From: an uncultured Veillonellaceae bacterium
GTDB taxonomy: Bacteria > Bacillota > Negativicutes > JARBTT01
Assembly: GCA_963805085.1 (NCBI GenBank)
Contig: CAWDTA010000002.1
Span: 1,440,001-1,504,000 of the forward strand
Reading direction: 5' to 3'
DNA: 64,000 nucleotides
Below, piece after piece: positions 10,602-20,986 of this stretch. Position numbers and translations under genes: made by a program. Under the pieces are notes generated by a model. That model saw only the letters and a list, made by a program, of their open reading frames with translations, was not told the origin of the DNA and did no database searches. Each line of letters opens with the position of its first letter. Position 1 is the first letter of the stretch.

Positions 10602-11171
10602 ATGGATTTTGAAAAAATTTATTTGTATAAATTGTTACATAAAAAAGACGCAAGCTATGGAAGTTCATCGATAGAATATCTGCCGGAAATTCTATCAATG
10701 ATAGAACATTTAAAACCCGAAACTATTTTGGACTATGGTTGTGGTAAAGGTGCAGTAGATAAAGCCATACAGGAGTATTGCCCTGACATAAAGATATTTG
10801 GATATGATCCGGCAATAGAGGGCAAGGAGGTTTTGCCGATCGAAAAAGCTGATTTAGTCATTAATACAGATGTTTTAGAGCATATTCCAGAAAAAGAGCT
10901 TCCAATAGTCCTCGAAGATATAAGGAAAATTTCAGAAAAAGTATATTTTCACCTGCATCATGCCAAGGCAATTTGCATTTTGCCCAATGGTGAAAATGCT
11001 CATTGTACGGTGAAGCCGCCAACTTGGTATCATGAATTACTTTCAAGGTATTTTGATATTGTCAATCCTCTGGAAGGACGCGCTGATTTTTTGTCAGTTG
11101 TTTGTACGTTTGATTTGCCGGATGATGTGAAAAATAGATATATGAAGATAGTAGAAGAAAACAAGAAATAA
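10602..11171 (+). CDS. Class I SAM-dependent methyltransferase
   Basis: ILDYGCGKG, DVLEHI. Confidence 0.85.
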   Translation: MDFEKIYLYKLLHKKDASYGSSSIEYLPEILSMIEHLKPETILDYGCGKGAVDKAIQEYCPDIKIFGYDPAIEGKEVLPIEKADLVINTDVLEHIPEKELPIVLEDIRKISEKVYFHLHHAKAICILPNGENAHCTVKPPTWYHELLSRYFDIVNPLEGRADFLSVVCTFDLPDDVKNRYMKIVEENKK

Positions 11172-11709
11172 GACTAAGTGACGATTATTGTGAAAACAAA
11201 ACCTAAAAAAGGCAATAAAAAACCTAAGCAAATAGAAAAAAATAGGTGTTTATTAAATTTTAATGTGACCTAGGTTATATTTAAATCAGCTATTATTTAG
11301 TGGTGAAGATGATCGTACCTTTAAGGTAATATTTAGGCCATAAAACTCGTTTAATAAGTAGCCCATATAATTTTGTGTAAATTGATTTTCTGAACAAGTA
11401 AGATTTATAAGATAACGTATAGTTTGTAACTGAAAGCATAGCTCTAAAATACCTTGTGATTTTTCTATCCCGATGGCTATAGCGATATTTATATACTAGA
11501 CAGTAAACTAAGGTGGAATTGCGGTATGTCTTATGGAGCAGCAATAAGTCCTGAAAATGACCATATTATTTTCTTTTTTGAGCAATGGTAATCGTTGTGT
11601 AACTGAAAATTCTAAGTTCTAAATGATGAATTCTAAATTTAATATTGTACAACAAGAACATTTATTTTGAAACTTGAAAACTATTCATAAAGATTGGTAG
11701 CAATATCAT

Positions 11710-11860
11710 TAAGTAGAATATAAACAATAAAAAGGAAACTCCTGCTGAATTCTGTATGAATTTGGCAGGAGTTTCCTTTTTATGAGAATATGTAAGTTTA
11801 ATATTAAAAACTTGATGACAAGTTGACGGAAAAGGAACGCCCCCACCAGTCCACCTGTCT
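11710..11860 (+). repeat. Array repeat copy 7
   Basis: Full core; extended stem aaaaaggaaactcctgc/gcaggagtttcctttt. Confidence 0.92.
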
Positions 11861-11933
11861 ACATTAAAGCAACACGTTTGTTCGAGATGGACTGAAGGAT
11901 TGCCCCTATTGTCTCATATAATGAAGGAAATAT

Positions 11934-12278
11934 TTATATAGTATGGGATTTCGATCGAATATTCAAGTAATCATTACCCCAGTTGCGTATGATAGTTAGT
12001 ACTGGCATGAAACTTTCACCAAGCGTTGTTAATGAATATTCGACTTTAGGCGGAACTTCTCTGTAAATTTCTCGATGGACTAGTCCATCCTGTTCTAGTT
12101 CTCGCAATTGCTGAGTGAGTATTCCCTGCGAAATTTCAGACAATAGCTTTTGCAGTTGATTAAATCTTTTGGTTCCTTGACTCAACTGCCACAATATTGA
12201 AAGCTTCCATTTGCCAGCAATGATGTTTTGCACAGCTAACACAGAGCAATTCCCTTCCTGATAAAGTGATTTTGCCAT
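11934..12278 (-). CDS. HxlR family wHTH regulator
   Basis: GKWKL.IL, RF.QL, LTQQLRELE.DGL, PPKVEYSLT. Confidence 0.92.
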   Translation of the reverse strand: MAKSLYQEGNCSVLAVQNIIAGKWKLSILWQLSQGTKRFNQLQKLLSEISQGILTQQLRELEQDGLVHREIYREVPPKVEYSLTTLGESFMPVLTIIRNWGNDYLNIRSKSHTI

Positions 12279-12512
12279 AAATGATCATCCTTCCAATAGC
12301 CAATAGTACTATTTTTGTTAGTATATAATAAAAATATGCGTACTTGCAATAAAAATTATACAGTGATAATCTTTTATTAACTTCCACTAATTATTAATTA
12401 CCAACTAGAGAGCTAAAATCAACCTTGGTATTTTATTCATCAAGGATAAGGTGCTGAAAGAGAAAATTGCTGAGTCCTATTCGTCCTGTAACGCACCAAA
12501 GAAAGGGAACCA

Positions 12513-12947
12513 TTGTCCGTTGATGCCATTATTCTGGGGTCACCTATCTATATGGGAACTGCTACTGGAGAAATGAGATCATTTATGGAGCGGCTTGTAT
12601 TTTCGTACGTAGTATATGATGGAAACTATTCTTCTCTTTTCAAGAGGAAGATACCGACTGGTTTTATTTATACCATGAATGCTACTGAAAGTCAGCTGGA
12701 AGAAAGGGGCCATGTCCAGTCTTTCGAATTGGCTGAAATGATGTTGGTGAGAGCTTTTGGCAAGGTGGAATCGCTTTGTGTTACCGATACGTACCAGTTT
12801 GATGATTATTCTAAATACGTTGCCAGTGCCTTCGACCCGGAAAAGAAAGCTGCAATACGTAAGGAAGTATTCCCGCAGGATTGTGGAAAAGCATATAATA
12901 TGGGGATGCGATTTGTAAAGGAGAGTTTTACAGATTATGGAAAATAG
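12513..12947 (+). pseudogene. Flavodoxin family (iron-sulfur flavoprotein-like), N-terminus missing
   Basis: Begins at DAIILGSPIY without the N-terminal FMN-binding loop; no RBS. Confidence 0.7.
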
Positions 12948-13188
12948 ATAAAACTCTGCAGAACTTTCGTTCGTGCATTCAAATTTTCTGCCTTGCCGCT
13001 ATCGCCCAGAGTGGGTATGGCACACTATGTTTACTGTCTAGCAAAACAATGGCTCATTAAGTTTTAAAAATGTAATGGAGGCTTAGCTTTGTGACTGCCA
13101 TTTACCGAAAGGTTACTTACAAGGTGGGCGGACGGTTAACGAAAAATTAGGTTGGTTTATATAAAGAACGTACAAGGAGGAAGAGAAA

Positions 13189-14223
13189 ATGGCTAAATCT
13201 TTACGCTCAGCCTTAATACTTATGTCGAGCATATTAATACTAAATATATTCACTTTGTCTGCGTCCGCGGCGATAAATAATAGTGTGATTTTGTCCGGAG
13301 AAAAACTTGAAGTAATTTATAGTCAAGGAACTCATTTAGAAGGACCAGCAGTGGCTCCGGATGGTGAAGTATATTTTTGTGATCTTACGCCCTCTTCATT
13401 AGCTAAAGGTGTACCCTTTGGGGGGCACATCATGAAGTATGATTCAAAAACAGAGAAAGTTACAGTTTTTCGGTCTCCTAGCGGTCAAGCAGACGGACTG
13501 GCCTTTGATGCTGCGGGACGCTTAATTGCGGCAGAAGCGGCGGACAACGGCGGTCGTCGTATAACCGCAACTGATTTGGAAACAGGTAAGGCTGTTATTC
13601 TTGCAGCCGAATTTGATGGCCGGTCTTTAAATTCGCCAAATGATGTTGCGACAGATAAAACAGGTAGAATTTATTTTACTGATCCAAGGTATTTTGGTAA
13701 AGAAGCTATGAATCAAGCTGTCCAAGGAGTGTATCGGATCGATAGAGATGGAAGAATCAGTCTTATTATAGCGAATGCAGGAAAGCCTAATGGGATTGCA
13801 CTTTCACCAGACAAAAAAACTTTGTATATAGATTCTAACGATAACGGTCTGTTTGACTACAGATCGTCAACCGCAGGATTAGCCATCCGTCGCGGCTTCG
13901 ATTGCATTTTTGCCTATGATTTGCTTGAGGACGGAACTGCAAAATTCCGAGAAATAATTTACCAGTCTCCAGGCTTTCGGCCTGACGGCATGAGAGTAGA
14001 TTCGGACGGAAATATCTTTGTCGCCAACTATGATCCATCCCATCCAGGAATTTTGGTGCTTTCTCCTAAGGGGGAAGAGATTGGCTATATTCAAACTCCC
14101 GAGACTGTTACCAACTGTGAGTTTGGAATCGGGGCTGAAAGTAACGTTTTATTCATTACGGGCAATAAAGCACTATACAAGATTGTTACAACTCATCAAG
14201 GGCAGAGAAAAGCATACCAATGA
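13189..14223 (+). CDS. SMP-30/gluconolactonase family beta-propeller, secreted
   Basis: Signal peptide, EGP, NSPND, FTDP, PNGIALSPD, PDG motifs. Confidence 0.9.
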   Translation: MAKSLRSALILMSSILILNIFTLSASAAINNSVILSGEKLEVIYSQGTHLEGPAVAPDGEVYFCDLTPSSLAKGVPFGGHIMKYDSKTEKVTVFRSPSGQADGLAFDAAGRLIAAEAADNGGRRITATDLETGKAVILAAEFDGRSLNSPNDVATDKTGRIYFTDPRYFGKEAMNQAVQGVYRIDRDGRISLIIANAGKPNGIALSPDKKTLYIDSNDNGLFDYRSSTAGLAIRRGFDCIFAYDLLEDGTAKFREIIYQSPGFRPDGMRVDSDGNIFVANYDPSHPGILVLSPKGEEIGYIQTPETVTNCEFGIGAESNVLFITGNKALYKIVTTHQGQRKAYQ

Positions 14224-14495
14224 ATAGGGGGAGTACCAACGTAGCTGTTACTAAGTGCCGACTCGCTGAATGAAAACTAGAGTGGGAATTTATTAATAAT
14301 CTTGGCATGTACTGAAACTCATATATGAGAATTAAGGCCGACGAAGCCGGTATCTATATGGAGCGTTTTCAATGGCTTTTTAGATGACAGCGGTGTCATC
14401 CTCAGAATGAAATTACAAATTCTTTTAACGTCAACTCTTGCCAAATTTTTATGAATCTTTGATAAATGATTTACAAAGGTTTGGGGAAATATCTC

Positions 14496-14710
14496 TAAAT
14501 ATAATATAAACACTAAAAAGGAAACTCCTGCAGAATTCTGTATGAATTTGGCAGGAGTTTTGAGCTTTTATGAGAATATGTAAATTTAATATCAAAAAGC
14601 GATGGCAGGTTGAGGAGGGCGAAGTGGTGGAGGTACTGTCTTCGGAAAAGGTGCTACGAGGTAAGTACGGTATAAAAAAACAAGACAGAAAGAACCGTCA
14701 CCTTGTCTTC
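14496..14710 (+). repeat. Array repeat copy 8 (long variant)
   Basis: Core + ggttgaggagggcgaagtgg... ending gaaccgtcaccttgtcttc. Confidence 0.9.
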
Positions 14711-14957
14711 TAGATTAGTGTAGGTTTTTGGTTAAGAAGGGGCGTCGGGGTGTGCGAAAACTATTTTTTTATTTTTAATTCTCCCACTTTACTACATAAA
14801 TGGCCTATATTTTGGGATAAATAGCCCCAATATGAACTTAAAGCTAATATTTATCCGCCACTTTTTAGTTTTTGATTTATTGGGTACAGCGTTTTTGTAC
14901 AGTCTGACGTCCCTACCCGTCCTTGAAAATTGAGAATAAAACTGGGGGAAGATTGAA

Positions 14958-15725
14958 ATGAGTAGTTTAATAAGAATAGGAGTAATTGGCGATCTAGATT
15001 TGAAACGGCCATCACACAAGGCGACAAATGATGCGTTACAGCATTGTGCAGATAATTTAGGTGTTAATGTAGAAATACAATGGTTATCTACGGAATCTCT
15101 AGAAGAGCAGTTGCAAATTAGTAATATTGGTAATTATGATGGCTTTTGGTGTGCACCAGGAAGTCCGTATAAGAGTATAAAGGGAGCTTTAAAGGCAATT
15201 CAATTTGCAAGAGAAAATGATTATCCTTTTATTGGAACATGTGGAGGTTTTCAACATGCAGTTATTGAATATGCCCAGAATAAATTAGGCTTAAAAAATG
15301 TACAGCATGCAGAATATGGACCTGGAGATTCAAATTTGTTTATTACAGCATTATCATGTTCGCTGGTTGGAGAAACACGTAAAATTTTTATAAATAGAAA
15401 TTCCATGATTTACAGATTTTACAATGAAACGGATGTTGAAGAACGCTATAATTGCAGTTTTGGACTTAATCCTGATTATCAAAAATTAATAGATGGAAGT
15501 GGTTTTAAAGTAGTTGGCACAGATGAAACAGGTGAGGCAAGAATATTAGAGTTACTCCAAAACAAATTCTTTGTGGGCACATTATTTCAACCGCAGCTAA
15601 GTTCACTACCTACTAATCCCCATAAACTTATCTTAGCATATTTGAGATGCTGTAAGGAATTTCATATTTCTAATTTCCATAGGAAACGCGGGGACAGGGA
15701 TGTTGTTTTCAATAAGGAAACATAG
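14958..15725 (+). CDS. CTP synthase C-terminal-like glutamine amidotransferase
   Basis: PGSPY, GTCGGFQH, YNCSFG, FQP motifs. Confidence 0.85.
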   Translation: MSSLIRIGVIGDLDLKRPSHKATNDALQHCADNLGVNVEIQWLSTESLEEQLQISNIGNYDGFWCAPGSPYKSIKGALKAIQFARENDYPFIGTCGGFQHAVIEYAQNKLGLKNVQHAEYGPGDSNLFITALSCSLVGETRKIFINRNSMIYRFYNETDVEERYNCSFGLNPDYQKLIDGSGFKVVGTDETGEARILELLQNKFFVGTLFQPQLSSLPTNPHKLILAYLRCCKEFHISNFHRKRGDRDVVFNKET

Positions 15726-15744
15726 TCCCTGTCCCCGTGTTTTT

Positions 15745-15838
15745 ATATGAATTTGGCAGGAGCTTTGGGCTTTTATGAGAATAGGTAAATTTAATATCAA
15801 AAAGTTGATGGCAAGGTGACGGAAGAGAAACGTCCCTG
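15745..15838 (+). repeat. Array repeat copy 9 (5'-truncated)
   Basis: atgaatttggcaggag...gtgacggaagagaaacgtccctg. Confidence 0.9.
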
Positions 15839-15876
15839 ATTGTCTTTTTCTTCAGGCTTAAATTATTAAAAAAGAT

Positions 15877-16012
15877 TTGACAGTATACTTTGCTTAATAT
15901 AAGATAAGAATATAAAAGGCGTACTGGAAACGGTTCGCCTAACAAAGTTAATAGAAGCAGTTTTTAAGAAAAACGACCGCTAAACTTGTAGGAGAGTGCT
16001 AGCGGTTGTTTT
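15877..16012 (+). ncRNA. Putative antisense antitoxin RNA (with promoter)
   Basis: TTGACA-17-TAAGAT at 15877-15905; ends in accgcta/tagcggt hairpin overlapping the peptide 3' end. Confidence 0.55.
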
Positions 16013-16067
16013 GCGTTACAGTGAGGATTAAAAAAATCATAATGAGTATCATGATTATATTATCCAT
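15999..16067 (-). CDS. 22-aa hydrophobic peptide, putative type I toxin (MDNIIMILIMIFLILTVTQNNR)
   Basis: Translated by hand; AGGTG RBS; TGnTATAAT promoter ~16136-16144; homologue at 20070. Confidence 0.7.
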   Translation of the reverse strand: MDNIIMILIMIFLILTVTQNNR

Positions 16068-16244
16068 CGGCAACACCTGCCTATGAGGACAGATTGACAA
16101 ACCGCTTCCGTTTTTTAGTACGTCTACATTTGATTATAGCATAAAATGTAAAATTGTGTATATTATAAAGTGGCTTGTTTACTAGAAGATATTTTGTGGG
16201 TGTTTAAGTGATAAATCATGTATAAGTATTGGCAGCAATAACAG

Positions 16245-16416
16245 TAAGAATATAACCACTAAAAAGAAAACTCCTGCTCAATTCTGTATGAATTTGGCAG
16301 GAGTTTTGAGCTTTCATGAGAATATGTAAGTTTAATGTGAAAAGTTGATGGCAAGGTGACAGAAAAGGAACGTCCCCACCTGTCCCCACCTGTCCACTGT
16401 CCCGTCCCCACCTGTC
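16245..16416 (+). repeat. Array repeat copy 10 with tandem gtccccacct tail
   Basis: Full core then cgtccccacctgtccccacctgtccactgtcccgtccccacctgtc. Confidence 0.93.
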
Positions 16417-16488
16417 ATGTCAGAACCATCTTTTTGAGTCTTGTTTTTAATAAATTTAGCGATTATTAAGAAAAAGGAGACAAATGTC

Positions 16489-17118
16489 ATGAAAAATAAG
16501 TATGAGGTAATTGATGAAAGCAAGTGGAAAAGGGCGCTGCACTGTCAAATGTTTAGAAACAGCATAGAACCCTCCTATTGTGTTACCTTCGAATTGGACA
16601 TAACAAATTTCTTGAAGAAAATCAGGACAGCAAATTTATCCTTTACATTTGCGCTTATCTTTGTTGTCTCAAAATGTGCAAACAGTATTGAAGAGTTTCG
16701 ATATCGTTTCCTTGATGGTCAGATTATGCTTTATGATAAGATCGATACAGCTTTTACTTACCTGGATAAGAATACGGAACTATTCAAAGTTGTTAATGTT
16801 GAAATGCAAGACACATTAGAAAGTTATGTTTCTGTAGCGGTTCAAAAAGTTGCAAACCAAAAAGATTATTTTACAGGGCCATTGGGCAATGATGTATTTC
16901 AGTTTTCGCCTATGCCGTGGATATCATATACGCATATTTCACACACAAATTCCGGTAAAAAAGATAATGCCACTCCTTTATTTGATTGGGGAAAATATTT
17001 TGACAGAGATGGGAAAACAATACTTCCCTTTTCCGTTCAGGTACATCATTCTTTTGTGGATGGAGTACATATTGGAAAATTGGCGGATTCTTTGCAAAAT
17101 TATTTGAACAAGTTTTAA
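16489..17118 (+). CDS. CatA-like chloramphenicol O-acetyltransferase family protein
   Basis: W.R..H..F, EFR.R, PWI.YT, P.F.WGKY, QVHH..VDG.H catalytic motif; RBS aaggag before ATG 16489. Confidence 0.85.
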   Translation: MKNKYEVIDESKWKRALHCQMFRNSIEPSYCVTFELDITNFLKKIRTANLSFTFALIFVVSKCANSIEEFRYRFLDGQIMLYDKIDTAFTYLDKNTELFKVVNVEMQDTLESYVSVAVQKVANQKDYFTGPLGNDVFQFSPMPWISYTHISHTNSGKKDNATPLFDWGKYFDRDGKTILPFSVQVHHSFVDGVHIGKLADSLQNYLNKF

Positions 17119-17204
17119 GCTGTGAACATTAGTTTATGGTGTCAACAACCCCGTCCCCTCGACACTAAGGCCAAATCCTATGCAATGTAAGCAAAAATGA
17201 TGCA

Positions 17205-17392
17205 CGGGAAAAACTCTATCGAAGTAAAGCGTGCAAAACTTGTTCACATAAAGATGAGTGTACAAAAAATAAACGTGGTCGGCAAATAGTACAGGGAGAA
17301 CAACAGAAAGTAATGGCACGTACGGATGAACGACTAGCAAATAATTTAAAACTTTACAAGCAACGACAAATGATAGTTGAACATCCCTTTGT
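17205..17392 (+). pseudogene. IS1182-family transposase internal fragment
   Basis: Reads YRSKACKTCSHKDECTKNKRGR...YKQRQMIVEHPF. Confidence 0.75.
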
Positions 17393-17487
17393 CCCATTAA
17401 TTTTCCAAACGTGTGAAAATTAATGGGACAAAGGGATGCTTTTTTTATAAATGGAATATTTTCCATGATGTGAGGAGATGAAACAGA

Positions 17488-17856
17488 ATGGAGGAAAAAC
17501 CGATGTATTTACATCTTGGGAAAATTATTGTATTTAAAGAAAAAAGAATTTTATTTAAAAAATCATCTGAAATATTTTATTTTTATGCAAATGACGGTAA
17601 AATCTATGCCGTAGCAAAAGAACGGTATTTGGTTCGAGCTTCTTTGGACTATTTAAGCGTCAGATTGTCCTCATTAAATTTTTTAAGGTGCCATAAAAAC
17701 TATCTAGTCAACCTAGCCAAAATCGAAGAGATTATTCCGTGGTTTAATAGTATTTTACAATTGAAACTTGAATCATATGACGGCACGATTCCCGTTAGTC
17801 GGAATTACCTTAAGAACTTTAAGGAGCAAACTGGACTTTCGATTGTTGCACATTAA
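17488..17856 (+). CDS. Stand-alone LytTR DNA-binding protein
   Basis: FLRCHK.YLVN, IPVSR.Y. Confidence 0.88.
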   Translation: MEEKPMYLHLGKIIVFKEKRILFKKSSEIFYFYANDGKIYAVAKERYLVRASLDYLSVRLSSLNFLRCHKNYLVNLAKIEEIIPWFNSILQLKLESYDGTIPVSRNYLKNFKEQTGLSIVAH

Positions 17857-18267
17857 GAGCGGTATTTGTATTTCAACATGTCTATTTTGCATTTCAGAGG
17901 AGATTTATTCTAGTTTTATGAACGATGAAGATAATAGCTTTAGACTCAAATTTTAAAGAGTCGAACGAAAGTCATGACATATAGGAAGGCTTACTATGTC
18001 TGACAACAATCTCCAGGTCATATTTGTGAAGAAAATTTGTTCTATCTTAACAAGCTGCAGAAGGAGTAATTATACATCAGCTATACTCATGTTCTGAACC
18101 GGGGCAGCAAGGGATGCCCGGCTGATTTTTTGTGAGGTGGGTAAGAAAGTGAGAAACCTTTGCAGTTATAGGGTAAGGAGGTGATCATTAAAGCTGGTGG
18201 AGTCCTCGGTGTTTTATCTCAAATTGCAGTTAACAAATTAGCCTGATGAGAAGAAAGGGGAAAAGAA

Positions 18268-18527
18268 ATGACAGATGTAACAGTAAAGATCGTCGGTGGA
18301 ACAGAAAAGGAAAATACCAGCGCAGTGACAATTGGTAATGTAAGGTGGGGGCTGAACGGCACTGCAGATTTTGGTCAAGGACAAAATCTGCAGTGCCGGT
18401 AGGGGATCAAGATTTAACTGTAATCAAAACAACATCACCAAAGAAAATATCAATAAAAATCCAGGTATCAGGAGATGTGCAGATAGTAAATATACAAGTT
18501 AACGACGATGAAATAATAGTTAATTAA
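18268..18527 (+). pseudogene. Small hypothetical protein, frameshifted
   Basis: ATG 18268 with RBS reads MTDVTVKIVGG...; stops at ~18402 while another frame continues to 18527. Confidence 0.45.
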
Positions 18528-18679
18528 CCAAGTATGTTACCACAGTGGACAATTGGGAGTTTCAGTTTTGCTCTAGCTCACAATTGCCGATAGTTTTTGT
18601 GTTAGGCTCTGCCGACAATGGCCACACGGCAGTGACTGATTATATTTATTGTGGCTAATAAATCATATAGGAGGAAAAC

Positions 18680-19205
18680 ATGACTAAGTACAGTGTAAAC
18701 GTGGAATTGGACAATGAGACCTTAGATGCTCTAAAAAATGGTTTTGAAATGCAGGTTTTCAAGGGTGTTAAGGCGCATAGCTATGCACGAGCAAATGGTC
18801 ATTGCCCCAGAGGGATCGACCACCGTGGAGACTGGTTCCTGCAGCAACGTGGCAATTTTGAATAATTCCAGCATCCAGTATGTGGCTGGACTGGGCATGA
18901 GAGGCGGAGATGAGGTATATCACGGAATATGTGGGATCAACTTCTATGCTCACCAGTCACTTAGAATAAAACCACTAGACACTATGTTTCTTGCGATCGT
19001 TCCAGGGACTTTGATTGTTCCGAATATGTCCGTGGAAATTTTGCATCAAATTGGGGTTTTGGTGGATGTGTCTGAAGCGTCGACGAAATCACGATCCATT
19101 TGTTATGATATAAACGCTGGTTGGTTACCTTCTGATAACAGTTGGATCAAACACTATCCAGCCCCATGTCATTTAGGAGAGATATTAATTCAAAAGTTCA
19201 GTTAA
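18680..19205 (+). pseudogene. Hypothetical protein split over two overlapping frames
   Basis: Strong RBS at 18680; ORFs 18680-18865 and 18738-19205 overlap. Confidence 0.5.
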
Positions 19206-19261
19206 AGTTGGTGATTTAGGGTAATTCATACATCTATTTCACAGGCTAACACAAATACCGC

Positions 19262-19390
19262 TAAATATAGTACAAACAATAATTAGGAAACTCTTGCAGG
19301 ATTCTGTATGAATTTGGCAGGAGTTTTAGGCCTTTATGAGAATAGGTAGGTTTAGTATCAAAAATTCGATGACAAAAGAGCGTCCCTGCC
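19262..19390 (+). repeat. Array repeat copy 11
   Basis: Core ending aaaagagcgtccctgcc. Confidence 0.88.
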
Positions 19391-19495
19391 TGCATGAATT
19401 ATCTTTAAATTATTGTCATATTCTGTTATAATCTATCCTAGACGCATGAAAAAACGGAAGCGGTTGCCATTCTGTCCCCAATTGGGGGTGATAAG

Positions 19496-19558
19496 TTGGA
19501 ACAAGATATTGTTGTTTTAATTTTGATTCTGCTTATCCTAAAAGAAACAAAAAGATAA
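19496..19558 (+). CDS. 20-aa hydrophobic peptide, putative type I toxin (MEQDIVVLILILLILKETKR)
   Basis: TTG start after GGGGTG RBS; TGnTATAAT ~19423-19431; convergent TTGATA-17-TATAAT on minus ~19663-19694. Confidence 0.65.
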   Translation: MEQDIVVLILILLILKETKR

Positions 19559-19783
19559 CCGCTATTCCCGACCAAAAGTCTAGCGGTTATCCTTTTTAAT
19601 TAAAAGTAAAGCCTCGAAAGCTTTTTGTTGTCGGCACCGTTTCCAGTGCGTCTTTTATATCGTTATTATACTCGTGTGGTGGTAAAATATCAAGTATATG
19701 ATCAAAGTGAATTTTAAATGTAGGTAAGAAGACAATAGTGGATAAAAATGATTTTTATCTTATGAGATTGTTCTTAATGATGA

Positions 19784-20009
19784 TAAATAGAATATAAACA
19801 CTGAAAAAGCAACTCCTGCTGAATTTTGTATGAATTTGGCAGGAATTTTGCGCTTTTATGAGAATATGTAAATTTAATAGTTAAAAGTAGATAGCAAGGT
19901 TGAGGAGGGCGAAGTGGCGGAGGGAGTGTCTTAGAAAAAAGCAACAAGATAAAATCACCGTCCACAGTCGTTCGAAAATAGTGGGACATGGAACCTGTCC
20001 CCTTGTCCC
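19784..20009 (+). repeat. Array repeat copy 12 (long variant)
   Basis: Core + long extension ending gggacatggaacctgtccccttgtccc. Confidence 0.93.
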
Positions 20010-20069
20010 TATAGATGTACTGAAACGGAAGCGGTTTGCTTAATCTGCCCTAAAAGGCAGGTGTTGTCA

Positions 20070-20138
20070 ATGGAGAATATAATCATAATACTTATTATGA
20101 TTTTTTTAATTCTCGTTGAAATGCAAAACAACCGCTAA
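20070..20138 (+). CDS. 22-aa hydrophobic peptide, putative type I toxin (MENIIIILIMIFLILVEMQNNR)
   Basis: Module 20013-20240 is an inverted homologue of 15905-16128. Confidence 0.7.
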   Translation: MENIIIILIMIFLILVEMQNNR

Positions 20139-20457
20139 CTCCCTCGAAAAGTTTTAGCGGTTGTTTTTCTTAAAACTGCCTCTATTGACTTTGCTAGGCG
20201 AACTGTTTCCAGTACGTCTTTATGTATTTATTATAACCACATCATCAATAAATATCAATGAAATAAATCTCATTTTTGTATTAAATCTAAAAAAATTATA
20301 AAAGCTCAATCCAAAGATAGAGGATTGAGCTTTTTGTTTTTCACGAAAATTTATGTGTCAGATATGAAATTGTGTTTACTTGGGTTTTCGACTTTTTAAA
20401 ATAAAATTTAATCAGCATTATTAAAATAAAACAAGTTGTTGTAATTACAGCACCAAA

Positions 20458-20715
20458 TTGTATGTTAGATTTGGTGAATCAATTCCTATTAATAACATTT
20501 TGGATAAATTAGAAGACTCGCATAAATCACAGATTGAAAATATGGGAAAAAAAGATAGGCGTTTATCTAATGGACAAGATGACTTAACGGGTGAGTATGT
20601 AGATTTTGTTTCAATAGAAGAAGATAAACAGCGATATGATAAAGAAATTACGGATTTAAGGAAAAATCTAAAAAATAAATTCCAAGAATGTTTAAGTTCA
20701 TCTCAGAAGATATAA
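20458..20715 (+). pseudogene. Hypothetical protein, probable C-terminal fragment
   Basis: 85-aa ORF with TTG start, no clear RBS. Confidence 0.35.
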
Positions 20716-20825
20716 TTTGTAGTCATTTTTTACTCAGAGGAGCTGGAGGATGGATTGCGAGTGCCTAATTTACTTAGATATAGACCTTTATCAGGAGATT
20801 GGCAGAGGTTAATGTGCTGTAATTA

Positions 20826-20953
20826 TAAAAAGGAAACTCCTGCTGAATTCTGTATGAATTTGGCAGGAGTTTTACGCTTTTATGAGAATATGTAAGTCTA
20901 ATATCAAAAAGTCGATAGCAAGGTGACGGAAAAGGGACGTCATCTATTGTCCC
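20826..20953 (+). repeat. Array repeat copy 13
   Basis: taaaaaggaaactcctgc...gtgacggaaaagggacgtcatctattgtccc. Confidence 0.92.
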
Positions 20954-20986
20954 ATGATATTTTAGCTTAATCAGAAGTGATATCTC

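Noticed and set aside
13085-13145. Riboswitch in the gluconolactonase leader
   Set aside because: Some pairing potential but no aptamer consensus I can recognise.
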